From Pachysolen tannophilus NRRL Y-2460 (lineage: Eukaryota), in NCBI GenBank assembly GCA_001661245.1, contig KV454011.1:898426-962425 (forward strand): a stretch of DNA of 64,000 nucleotides, given 5' to 3'. The translations under genes were made by a program, and so were the position numbers. The notes below the pieces were generated by a model. The model was not told the origin of the DNA. It made no database searches and saw nothing but the letters and a program-made list of their open reading frames with translations. Positions 48,759-60,575 of the stretch are shown here, piece after piece. Numbering within the stretch: the first letter of the stretch is position 1; the number at the start of each line of letters is the position of its first letter.

Positions 48759-49607
48759 CTATACAATTATAGACCTAACAACCCTCATTAAGAAAACTTC
48801 AACAACTAAATAGCTAACTAAGTTGCTCAATACGATGGACAATAGTATTTCATTTTTAAACTTGTAATCGCTGAAACAACTATTCAAATTAACATACACA
48901 AAGTAGTTATTGATCAATTTGATTAAAATCATATTCAATCTCAATGTGATTAAATCATATGGCCAAATGATAATGAAAACAGGCAACAATTTCGTAATAT
49001 TTGATAGTAATATTATCGTGTCTATGATGACCCTATTTGGATGGTAATGAAAGATCTTATCATTATGTTGATCAATATATTGTAATACATTATTCGGATG
49101 AACAATCTTATAATCCCTACCGTCTTCTTTATCAAATTCAATCAAATCAAAATCATAACGACATATTCCAAAAAATTTAAAAATGAATTGAATTATAGCA
49201 TGGTAAATTGCATTGTTCAAACCAACTTTAACAATGAAAAATAAATACTGTAGTATAACGTTATCATTATTCAATATTATCAGATTATTACTTTCGCTGA
49301 AATTAATCTCTTCATAAGCCCAATTAAGATAAACTTCAAATAAATTGATCAATATTAATATCCGGATGATCAGCTTATAGTTTTGCTTCGCAATGACAGT
49401 GGTATTTATTAAGTTTGTATTATAGACTAAATGTTTATAGGCCTGTGGCTTCAACAATATCAAATCGATGAACAATAGCACCTTGTCATATTCCACATAT
49501 TTATCACTAATCTTATTACAATTTGAACATCTTGTTAGTCTCAAATTCGTTGAAGAATACTTATGGTATAAGGAGTTGGTTGCCTTTGAGCATTCAATAC
49601 AAATCAT
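48759..49607 (-). CDS. ARV1: Arv1 sterol/GPI homeostasis membrane protein
   Basis: MICIEC..LYHKYS..LTRCSNC..DKYVEYD..IDLILLKPQAY Arv1 homology domain. Confidence 0.93.
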   Translation of the reverse strand: MICIECSKATNSLYHKYSSTNLRLTRCSNCNKISDKYVEYDKVLLFIDLILLKPQAYKHLVYNTNLINTTVIAKQNYKLIIRILILINLFEVYLNWAYEEINFSESNNLIILNNDNVILQYLFFIVKVGLNNAIYHAIIQFIFKFFGICRYDFDLIEFDKEDGRDYKIVHPNNVLQYIDQHNDKIFHYHPNRVIIDTIILLSNITKLLPVFIIIWPYDLITLRLNMILIKLINNYFVYVNLNSCFSDYKFKNEILLSIVLSNLVSYLVVEVFLMRVVRSIIV

Positions 49608-49803
49608 TAACTTGTTATAAAGAAAGTTTTATTTTTTTTTTTATTTTTTGATGTTTCAATTTAATTTATTTCATTTTTAAAAAAAAAAACAAAATTTGAT
49701 ATTTTAAAAGAATTAATTAAAACTTATCAATTAATTTATCATTTGAAAACAGCAGAGAACGAGTTGATCCTTTCCGTATGGTCTGAGATTGTGTTTATTG
49801 GAG

Positions 49804-49911
49804 ATGTCGAATAGAACAATATGCAAATATTACCAGCAAGGCCGTTGTAATAAGGGGAATAGTTGTAAATATTTACATGTTAAAGAGAACAATGGTTTCA
49901 ACAACTACGGC

Positions 49912-49945
<34 letters not shown>

Positions 49946-51279
49946 GTAATAAATCTCTGTTTTGGGCACCAGAGAATTTGGATAAGAGAAGGAAAGAAGT
50001 TCAAACTGATTTAGAAGAAGTCCGTCAATTTGATGCCAAACCTGTATTATCGTCTTATGGTTTACTGCCTCCATCAGTTTTAAACTTGATTCATAATAGA
50101 GATATGTCATTTGAAGAATTGAGATATCTTTATTATACAAATCCACAAGAGTATGAAAAGTCAGTTAATGCTAGAATAAAAGATTATGATAAAGTATTAT
50201 CATTTTTGAAAAATCAAGATATGAAAGCTGCTAGGTATTTACAATTGACAGCACAGGAAGCTGCCAAGCATAATGGCGTTTTACCAAAAGTTAAGCCATT
50301 TGTTGATTTTGAAATAGATTTTAACAGCGGGAGCAGTAATTCTCCATTTGGAACAGTTGGAAATAATAACAATGGTGGAACACTCTTCGGTTCATCTGGA
50401 TTTGGTTCTAAATCACAGTCTTTAACTGGAGCCTTTGGTAATTTGGGTGGAAGCACAAATTCAGGTTTTGGAAGTACGGCTCCTCTGCCGTCCTCTGCTT
50501 TTGGATCTACAGCCTTTGGTGCCAGTAGCGGGAATGCATTTAGCAAGCCAGTGGGTGCTTTTGGAAGTTTATCCAATAACAACAACAATACTTCATCAGG
50601 ATTTGGTTCTGCTGGTTTTGGGACTGGCAGTTCTGCTTTTGGCTCTTCAGGTTTTGGTAGTACTAATAATAATAGTAATAATAATAATAATAATAGTTCA
50701 TCATCAGCTTTTGGATCTTCAGGATTTGGCACAAGTGCATTTGGATCTAGCGCTACTACTGGGTCTTCTCCATTTGGGGCATTCGGAGCAGCACAACAGC
50801 GACAGCAGCAGCCATTTCTGCTGCTGCAACCACCTTCAACTACATCGCCTTTTGGAATGACTTTATCAAAAACTGCCCCAAACCCATTTGCAAATAACAC
50901 CACTTCCACTACATCTCCGTTTGCAGCAGCTAATACAAATAGCAGTACATTTTTTGGAGCAACAAGTAATGTTGGAAGCTCATTTGGAAACGTAACACCA
51001 GCGAGTACAGCAACTACAGCAACTACAGCGATTAATCCATTTGCTACCCAAACCACACTGTCTTCAACTCCTTTCGGATTTGGCGTTACACCCACAAATA
51101 TAACTACAAATTCTAACACATTAGGTTTTAATCAGGCACCTGGATTGGTACAAGCTGGCGTCCCACTGGAACAAACTTCAATCAAAGATTTAAGTGAAAA
51201 AGTTATAAACCTATTCAAAAATGATAGGTTTGAGCTAGGAAAAGTTCCGGAGATCCCACCCCCTTTGGAATTATGTTAA
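49804..51279 (+). CDS. NUP42: FG nucleoporin Nup42/Amo1 with N-terminal CCCH zinc finger
   Basis: CKYYQQGRCNKGNSCKYLH; DMSFEELR; many SAFG/SGFG/PFG repeats; C-terminal FELGKVPEIPPPLEL Gle1-binding domain. Confidence 0.9.
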
Positions 51280-51427
51280 ATAGAGTGTCTCATAATATAT
51301 AGAACAACAATAAAAGTATCTTCTAATCTCGTCTAATCTCATCTAGTCTCTTCTAAATAATAGTGAAAATCTACTATAGAATTGCAAAAAGGTAACATAC
51401 AGTATCAAAAAAAAAATAAAAAAAGAT

Positions 51428-51543
51428 TCTCCCGGGGGTGAATCGAACACCCGATCTCAAGATTACTATTTTACCCTCAATTTTGAATGTTGAAGGTGAG
51501 AACAATTACAGTCTCGCGCCTTAGCCAACTTGGCCACCGGGAG
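51428..51543 (-). tRNA. tRNA-Tyr(GUA) with a 42-nt intron (51505-51464)
   Basis: CTCCCGGTGGCCAAGTTGGCTAAGGCGCGAGACTGTAA[intron]ATCTTGAGATCGGGTGTTCGATTCACCCCCGGGAGA; C1-G72, intron after position 37. Confidence 0.95.
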
Positions 51544-52123
51544 TTAAATGTAGAGCACCTTGGCCGCAATTCTCCTTGTGTTCAGGAGCATAAGCAGACA
51601 AAACAAGGTAAAAAAAAAAATTTTTTTTTTTTTTTTGATGCGATCGGTAAAATATTGAGCATCAAATCTATATTATTTATACTGGTTTTCAACCTATTAT
51701 AATCATTTAATATAGTTAATTAATTATACTTCAATCTTATTTATTTTTATTTTTAAAAGATAATAAGGAAGTGAAAAGATTATGATTACTTACTAGTATT
51801 TCTATTCTTTTTTTTTTTCCTCTTTCCCATAAACTTTTTACTTGACAATTATAATAATTTTTTTGTTACATTTTGCTAAGTTAGTTAGAAAAATAAGACA
51901 AGACACAATTAACTGTTATTAGAAAATTTTAAGCGGCGCTTAAGGAAATTTGTCCAAATTTATAATTTAATTGTGATTTGATTGAAGTTTTGTCTTTTAA
52001 CTTTCAACAGATGGTTATTTATCTAGATGAATATCGGAAAAAGACATCGGCGGTTAAACAAGAAAGCATTTATAGACGTTGTTGATAAAATAAATAAAAC
52101 AAACAAATATTGTACTGATCAAG

Positions 52124-54885
52124 ATGGCAACAAGTACTGAAACAAGTACTCCTAGTAGTGGCACTTTGGAAACTAGTACAACCACGAGTCAAATAACTAT
52201 TACAAATTTAAGAACTCAGTTATATGGTTTACTTAATAGTAAATATGTTGATGATTCGTTGTTATTGGGATCAATTACATTTGCACAAAATAAGTTTGAA
52301 AATTTCATAGCAAAAGATTTAGCATTACAAAAAGAGAATGAAGGAGAAGATAATGATTACGAATCGAATGAGTTGTTGGATAAGTTATGGGTAGAGTTTC
52401 ATTATCCAATAATAAAATATTTCCAGACACAGTTCCGTTATTTGGTTAGAACTGATCATAAAGAAAAAAAAATGTAGAATTAAGGAAATTATTCAATAAT
52501 TTCCATAAATTCATCAAAAAATTTAGTGATTTTTACATTTCATTACTAAATAAAATTTTAATTAATTATAACTTGTCTAAATGTTTACCTATTACCAAAA
52601 TATATAAACAATTTAACATTAATACAGAATTGATCTCAAAAAATTCACAAACTATACCACTGCAAAATTCAAATTTAATTTCAACATTAGTTTATTTCAT
52701 ACATAAATCAATCTTATCGTTAGCAGATTTGTCGAGATATAGGTCAATTATAGCGAGAACTTATTTACCATCATCATCATTATCTAAGAAAGATTTAGAT
52801 TTCAATTTTAATTATTCTGTTGAATTATACAAGTTGTGTATTTTAGTTTTACCCGCATTTGGTGAACCTTTTGTTCATACTGCTATCATTGATAATTTTA
52901 AAAATGATAAATTCAATGTAATTTATAATTTTTTAAGATCAACAATGACTAGAATACCATCTGATTTAGGATTTAACAATTTGATAAATATTTTACAAAA
53001 ATCTGATAATAATCAAAATTCTATAATTTTAGAATATAATGAAATTAGTACAATTGTTGATCCAGAAAAAATTAATAGATTGAAATTAATCAAGCTACAA
53101 TTTTTATGTCTTTTCAATTATTATTTTTTGCCTCTGGATTGGAAACTTTCACAAGGAATTTTAATTAATGGAGTTTCAGTTAAAGATTTGGAAAATGCTT
53201 TTTTCCAAAATTTATTAACTTGGGACTATATTGGGAAACCAGTTCATAATGATGTTATTTTCAAACAATTGATTATGCTTATAAGTGGGTTTAAATTATT
53301 AACGAGCAATATTTTTGATGATTCAAATAAAAAAATTGATCGATCATCAAATATCGCAAGTTTTTTCATAAAATTTATGTTTAAATTCTTTGATTGTATA
53401 TTCCAAATATCAATGGAAAATTGGAATGTAGATCAACAAACTGAGAAAATTGATTTACCATTTTTACCTATTTTGAGAATCATATTATGTTGGTTTAAAG
53501 AAAATAGAGCAGGTTTACAATTTTTAAAACATAATAATGTCACTTTAATCAAATTGTGCAAAGTTTTAAATTTATACTATCGTTATATGAATAAAAATAT
53601 CAATTTTTTCATTGATAAATTGGCTTTATATACATTTGATGATAAATTCACTTCAATAAGTGAGTTAATAAGTGTTAAACCCAAAAGATTGAGATTTTTC
53701 AAAGAAGATGTGTTATTGAAAGAATTTATTCCATTAACTAATTTTTTGAAAGATTTTGATGATGGTTCTTTTTTCAAAGATACTACAGAAATTAACTATT
53801 TAAAGCTAATTGGAGAATTACCTAAAGATGAATATGATAAGCACTTGTCTAATAAATCTGATGAAAATTGTTTAAGAATGTTGGCTATTAGTAATTTAGG
53901 TAAAAAAATTGTTCTTGCTGCAGCCAACGGAACTTCAAATGAATTCATCAAGTTCAATGAAAAGCTATGCTTATTTGAATTTCAAAAAGAAATGATTCAT
54001 GTTTCTAAATCTCTGAAATTGACGCTGCCTCGCGATGAAAATAAAAATGAAGATTCTGAGAGAAAGAGTGTAAGCAAATTAAACAACGATAGTAATAAAA
54101 ATAAGAAACTTAAAAAGAACAGTAAACAGGTCAAAGATAAGGATTATAATGATAAAAGTATTACATCTAAAACATCAGGAAACGGAAATTCGCAGAAATC
54201 CTTGTCCCTGGTTGGAGAAGTAACTGATACTTTGAATAATGGAACTAATGGAAGAATCGACTATATAAATAAAAATAGAGTAATGACTGTGGAAGAGATT
54301 GAAAAAGAGCATGAAATAGAAGAAAACGAAAAGGTTGCAAGAATGGTGAGTAGCATATTGGATTTCGCTGATGAAGATGAAGTTTTTAACCTGTTGAACA
54401 AAGGTGGAAACAATTCTAGTATCAATACAAAAGACATCGCTAGTACTTTGTCTGCCACTTCTTCGAATATCATTAAAGATGGTGGTAACAGTTCTTTATC
54501 TGCGACTCCTACCAGTTTACATCAACTGCAATTTTCTCAAGCATTCTCAGATGATTACCAACAACAGTTGCTGCAATACTATCGTTGGTTATCCAACGGA
54601 CAGCAGCAGCAATTATTACCAGCATTTCAGGCAAACCCAAACATGCAATTTACACCTCAGAAGACGATATCTCAACAACTTGATATTGGATCTAGCGCTA
54701 GTAATTTAGCAAGCCAGTATTCCCAATATGGAAACCTTCAGCAGAACAACAATGCAACAAATCTTCAGCAAAATTATCTAAATAGCAATAATATTCAGTC
54801 GGGGGTTTCTCAAAACCAGTATCATCAGTATCATAATTATCATCAATATGACACTCAAACTGGGAATAATGGCTCCCGTTTTTAA
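52124..54885 (+). CDS. EBS1: Ebs1/Est1 (SMG7-like 14-3-3/TPR) protein (~920 aa); apparent -1 frameshift at A9 run 52464-52472
   Basis: LLDKLWVEFHYPIIKYF, then after a -1 shift NVELRKL...FY, LADLSRYR, LPAFGEPF, YNFLRS, FKEDVLLKEF; Q/N tail; convergent with UME6 as in S. cerevisiae. Confidence 0.78.
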
Positions 54886-55126
54886 ACTTAAAAAATAAAA
54901 TAACTAAATATTGAATTTTTCCTTTTTTTTTTTTTTTTTTTGGAGAAAGAATCTTATTTTTATAGATTTTTTTTGAGTTATACATACGAGATTGTAGGTG
55001 AATATTTAAGTAAATATATCTTCGATTATATAATGAATTTTATTTATATGAGGTAGTATAGTCTTAATATTGTTCGTTACTCATGGATTGAAGTGGATGT
55101 AAGAAAAAATTAAAAAAATATTAAAG

Positions 55127-55199
55127 CACCCATGCTGGGAGTCGAACCCAGAATCTTTTGATTAGAAGTCAAACGCGTTAACCATTACGCTACACGGGC
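55127..55199 (-). tRNA. tRNA-Arg(UCU)
   Basis: GCCCGTGTAGCGTAATGGTTAACGCGTTTGACTTCTAATCAAAAGATTCTGGGTTCGACTCCCAGCATGGGTG; TCT anticodon. Confidence 0.95.
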
Positions 55200-55451
55200 T
55201 TTCAATATATCTGTTTCGAAGCCGGTACTACTCTTGAGGAGTAGAAGCATCCATTATATTATATATTATTTGATCATTAGAAGAGAAACTTTTATTAAAT
55301 TATAAATATAATCTTTATATAGCAAAAAAGTAATTGACAATGAATAGAAAAAAAAAATTTTGGAATTCAGCAACAAAATATTTGGAAAATGGAAAAACAA
55401 TAGAAGGGCAAAAATTATACTTTGTTTTTGCAATCTTTCTATATTCTTATG

Positions 55452-56444
55452 TCAAACAGTCTTCTTACTTCTACTGCTCATCCTTAATTTTTTTTTCAAA
55501 TTAGTAACCTCTTTGATTTCCTCCATTCGTTTTTTCGCAGCCTTCTTATTATTCATATAGATAGGTCTTTCATCATTGTAACCATCACATTTTAGTCCTA
55601 GTCTAGAACATTCAGAACATAATGGTTTTTCTTCTGGGCATTTTTTTCTGCGTAACCTGCAAGTCCAACAGCCATTTCTTGACCTAGCAGTTGAAAGTTT
55701 AGTGTAGGTTGTCTCCATTTTCTTTGAGCGTTTGACTGACTTTGTTTTTTTAGCAGAATGATCATCGACTTCTTTATGATCACCTTCGTCTATTTCAGGG
55801 TCAAATGTTTCTGTTTGAGACAGTTCTGAAGATGGCTTAATAGTCTTAGTATTCTTTGAAGATGGACGTGATGTTTCTGAGAACGATTCATTAAAATAAT
55901 ATTTTGGTTTAGAAATTTTTCTTTTCGGTCTTTGTGAAATCAAATTTTTAGGTGACTCTTTGTTTGTAGTCGATGCTGATGCTGAAGTTGTGAAATTTAC
56001 TTCGTTTTCTTTAATCGTAGCCTTAGTAGATAATTTTCTTTTCTTTTTCTTGACTTGTGAATTATCTTGTTTGAATTTCCTTGTTAAAGTTTTTCTGCTC
56101 TTGATTTCTTGTTTTAAAGGTGAAGACAAGGAAATTTTACTCTTATTATTGAAGTCTCTTAGCTTTTTGAAATTTTTTTTACTAGGTTCCTGATTTTTCG
56201 AAATACTATTCTCTTGTCTTGTCGAATTCACATTTGACTCTTTTAAAATTCTGTTGGACTTTTCTTCGGTTCCAATGTCATCTTTAGTTTTAAAAACTTC
56301 CTTTTTCTTTCTTGTTTGATTGCTAGTTTCAGACTCTGTTGCTGAAGATTCAATTGAGTCACTAAGAAAATTCTGAGATGAAGAAGTAAAATGTACACTA
56401 TGAGTTAAGTTGGTTGAAGTTTCGATGATGTTACTTTTATTCAA
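55452..56444 (-). pseudogene. UME6: UME6 C-terminal part (330 aa, Zn2Cys6 cluster) with no N-terminal ATG
   Basis: RSRNGCWTCRLRRKKCPEEKPLCSECSRLGLKC...MEEIKEVT at the extreme C-terminus, as in Ume6; the frame opens right after a TGA and has no ATG until far downstream. Confidence 0.8.
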
Positions 56445-57530
56445 TCACCAGTATCGTATTAATCTTCTTAGTTAATATTTTCGTTCCTTTTATTTCTAAT
56501 CTAATTGTTTTTCTGCTTATCTAGCATAGATTGCTTTTTTGTTTGTTTTTTTTGTTTTTTTTCTTTAATTTTATAAGGTTTTCACCTTTTTGTCGGCAAT
56601 ACATGACTAGTAAAGTATTAATTAGAAAACAAACCGATTTTATGGAGATGGTTAAAAACCGTAGTAGTTTACTATCACTGTCAGCCCCCATGTATACATT
56701 TTATGATGATGCAAATAACATATCAGATACTGAGAAGACTGATTCTCCGAGTCAAGTTATGAGTTCGATGAACACCTCAATTTCTTCTCGCAAACATATT
56801 TCATCTGCAAACAGTTCAAAACTCCAATTGGATAAACTTATGAAGGCAATAGATCTGGAAAAATATCTTGCTGAAGATGATCGGGAATTAATCAACATGG
56901 ATTTGAATAATGAACCTCCTTTGCAAGAGGATATCAGTTATATAAGACCTTCATCACCCGTAATTGTCAACGTTGCTAATAAGGAAAATAATGATCCAAT
57001 GGAGCAGATCAATGGCGAAAATTATCACATGTTTAATGGTGTGAGTAACGGTATCACTGATTCATTAGGAAATAGTGGACAAAACGATAAAAACACTTTA
57101 TTGCCATCAAATTTACTATCAATTGAGTATGATACTCTTCAGGAAAAACATCAACACCATCATGGAGTTGATTCAACAAATGGTACTACTATTCTAAGCG
57201 GTAGTTACACCTCTTTATATGTCTCAAATAAGCATGACCATAATGGTACTAGTACTATGTGGTCAAGGTTGCCGACTCGTGATCACAGTTTTTATGCTCA
57301 AGAATGTGGTTCACCTCTAAAAAACACAGGATTTATTAGAGAAAACTTAGCATCTTATTATCCGTTAAGTAGTTCTTCTTCTTTACCAACGTCTAGGGAT
57401 GTTACAAGATTACCTCAGTCGGCCCTGGGCCCACAAAACACTGACGTTACTCAACGTTCAATGTCCGTCAAGAAAAGTAAAAATATCACAACTTTTCAAA
57501 AAAAGTCAGGAGGAGTCTCTACAAGATTGA
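56441..57530. other. 1090-bp inversion splitting UME6
   Basis: TCAATC (56441-46) and GATTGA (57525-30) inverted repeat; re-inversion gives STR-L-NKSN and a 638-aa ORF. Confidence 0.78.
56603..57529 (+). pseudogene. UME6: Inferred UME6 N-terminal part (~308 aa, low complexity), inverted
   Basis: ATG at 56603; S/N-rich protein-like sequence up to STRL, then a non-protein-like tail; joins the zinc-cluster half in frame at GATTGA. Confidence 0.72.
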
Positions 57531-57885
57531 GACAAAGAATATTTCAAAAAAAAGAGATGTTTTCTTGTTCTTATATAGTATGCGCAATCTTCCGCACAAG
57601 TCTGCATTTCATGCATTTTTTTTTAAATTTTTGCTCTTTCGCGCTACGACACTTGAAGTGTTGTATCGCCAATAAAGGAATACTACTGTAACTACAATAT
57701 ATAAATATAAAAAATAGAGAGAATCTTCAAAAATGAAAATGAATAATATTAATACAATTCTAAATAAGCTTCAAAATAATCATTAACAAATCTCATAACT
57801 ATATACTGGGCACTTAATTTTTCTTAAGCTTTCTTTTCTTTTTTTTTTTTTTTTTTTTTTTCTTTGCGGCGAGGATGATCGAAAA

Positions 57886-60575
57886 CTAATATACAATTAA
57901 TCTTTCATCATCTGGTTTTGGAGTTATCCCCGCCGTATATGCTAAAAAAGAATTATTATAATCTGTAGTATTAGCTGATTTTGTAAGGTCACCGGCACTA
58001 CCAAATGGGACCATTGTTTTGGAAGAAATAGGAGGTGGAACGATATTTAAAGATGATGATTCTCTTGGTGAAAAAGGTATTTCATACTCATTTTTATAGA
58101 AAACCTCTGGAATCTTTGATTCTATTAAATTCCTTGCATCACGTTCTTGACTTTCAGCAGATTTATTGCCTCCCCTTGAAATTGGATTTTCATTCAAACA
58201 TTCCTCGCTATACCATGATGGTAAATTTTGGAAAATGTTAATAGGTTGAGTCCATTCAATATCTTCATCAATTTCCTTATCTATCACTTCATGTTGTCTG
58301 AAAGCTGCAGCTTCTCCAGCAGTGCTCAAATCTTTATTGTTAAAAGAAGCTCTTTCATAGGTATCATGGAAATATTTAATTTGAACCAATTTTTCATCGT
58401 TAAATCTAACTCCATGAGATGCTGCCTTACGAACTTTTCTCTTTGGCAGGTCTTCACCACCTTTCATTCTTAATATACTAACTAAACCATTTGAATCCTT
58501 AACTCTTTCTTCCTGTTCTGTGGTTTCATTTTTGGATTGGGAGTCACTTGTTTTTGCTTCCTCATTTTTCTGGAATTCAGTCTTGTTCTTAGCAACAAAA
58601 TCTTTAAATGACCAAACTTTACTATTATTGTTGTTGGAAGAATTATCTGATAAATTTGCAGGTTTATTATTGTTAGATGAATTAACTGATGAGTCCACCT
58701 TGATAGCTTTGTTTCCTTGAGTAATTTTTTTGGAATCGTTAATAAAAATTGATGATTTCGTAGCATAAGGAGCAGAAACAACAGGTTTAATACCAGCTTC
58801 TGTGAAAAAAGATCTTTGACCTGAAGAAGATGTTGATGAAGGTAAATTACTTGTATTAGAAGGTGTAGATGTAGACGTGCTATTCAGTGACACTGAGGAT
58901 TGTTTATGAAGTGAAGATTTTGGAGACGTTGATGTTTTGTCAACAAATTTTAAAAATTCTTCCGCTTGTTTTTTAATCTTTTCATCAAATACATTTTTAT
59001 CCTTAATCTTTTCGATAAATTTTAAAAATTGTAGACGTTCTAACGTCTGTTTCCTTAACTCCATTATTTTGAAAATTGAAATTATTGAAGATACAGCAGC
59101 AGAATCTTTTTCTCTTAAATCTGACTTAAACCAATTTAAAATTCTCAAAAAGTACTTTGTATTTAAAGCCATATAAGACCAAAATTCGAGATTTTTTATA
59201 GCAGTAGCCGAATAACGTAACACAACATAACGATAATCTGGTTTCTTATGGAAGGTCTTTTCAGGTATAGCCAAAATGATTTTACCTATCCTATCGCTTA
59301 ATTTTTCATGATTTTTACCATAAAATTTAATATTATCTATAATTAACTTTTTCAATTCACTTTCAGCTCCACCATTCAGTTTCTCTTCCATTAACTTTGT
59401 CAAGTTAGACAATTCTTTTTCAAATTTGATATCATTTGATATAGATTCTTCAGATTTATTATTTTCTAAAACTTCAGTTTTCTGTTTCTTTGACCCAACT
59501 AATTCTTCCATGCTTGAACGTTTAAGACCATTTGAATCACTCGGAAGTTGCAGAGATAGAGATAAAGACAGAGGCTTACCTGTAACCGATTTGGAATCAG
59601 ATTCTGAAGATGATAACTGAGATAATTCAGATTTCGGTGTTGAAAATGTAAGAACATTATTTTTTTTCAGTGAAGATTTCTGCTTTATCTGCAATTTATT
59701 TGATTCATTATTTGAAATGATCTCACTTGGCTCAGAGGATAAAATTTTCTTTTTAGTTGTCTTTTTCACTTTAGTATTTTTAGCATTACCTTCTTCTTGT
59801 TTCTGATTTGGAGGAGGTATAAATCCTGATTTAGGTTTCAACGATTCATTTTCACCAAGTTGTCGGAGTGGGGTAATATTACTACGTAGAGAGTTTCCTT
59901 CAATTTTTTTTGGAAGCACTTGTGGTATGTCAATCGGATGATAAAAATTTTGAACACTCTGTGGTTGTAGTTGTTGTTGCTGCTGTTGCTGTTGCTGTGG
60001 TTGGTGCTGTTGTTGTACAATTTGAGGCAGTTGACCAATCATAGCACTAAGATGTTGGGTATCATTATTGTCTGGAATAGAACCCCCTTGTCCTCCCATA
60101 TCTTTAAGCATGCCATTATTATAAGGAACATTAGTCATTTGTTGATACAGAAGAATGGCGTTTAAATTGTCCAAATTGTTAATTGATGCCAGTGGATTAT
60201 CTCTATTTGGCTGTACTGGCTGAATATAATACGGCTGCTGGTATAGCTGTTGCGGCTTTTGCTGAAGTTGTTGTTGGTTATTGTTATTATAATAAGGATA
60301 AAAGTCTAAATTGTCAGTAACGTCTTGATCATGGAGCTTACCATTATAATTTAAAAAAACTTACTTGGCTGCTGTTGCTGTTGCTGCTGTTGCTGCTGCT
60401 GTTGCTGCGAAGGGAAAACTTGGAATGAATTCATCAGCGGCATTTGCATCACAGGACCTTGATTCTGTCCTTGTATACTGTTTTGCATCACATTATTGCT
60501 GTTATTACTAACATTATTAACTATTTGCAGCTTATTTGGGAAATAATTCGAATAGTTGCTATTATTAAAATCCAT
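57886..60575 (-). CDS. REF2: Ref2/Ppn1 (PNUTS-like) PP1-targeting RNA 3'-end factor; exons 60575-60365 and 60305-57886 (~876 aa)
   Basis: Q/N-rich N-terminus; SILR + GVRF (RVxF-like) + VQIKYF; EDIEW..P..RGG; divergent from MSS116, matching the REF2 position in S. cerevisiae. Confidence 0.65.
60306..60364 (-). other. Intron in the REF2-like gene (59 nt)
   Basis: GTAAGT donor, TACTGAC branch, TTTAG acceptor; joins ORF 60351-60575 in frame to the main ORF. Confidence 0.85.

Noticed and set aside
50214..51119. 301-aa minus-strand ORF
   Set aside because: Antisense shadow of the repetitive NUP42 FG region.
57530..57691. Cys/Phe-rich C-terminal tail of ORF 56531-57691
   Set aside because: Read-through into non-coding DNA beyond the inversion breakpoint.
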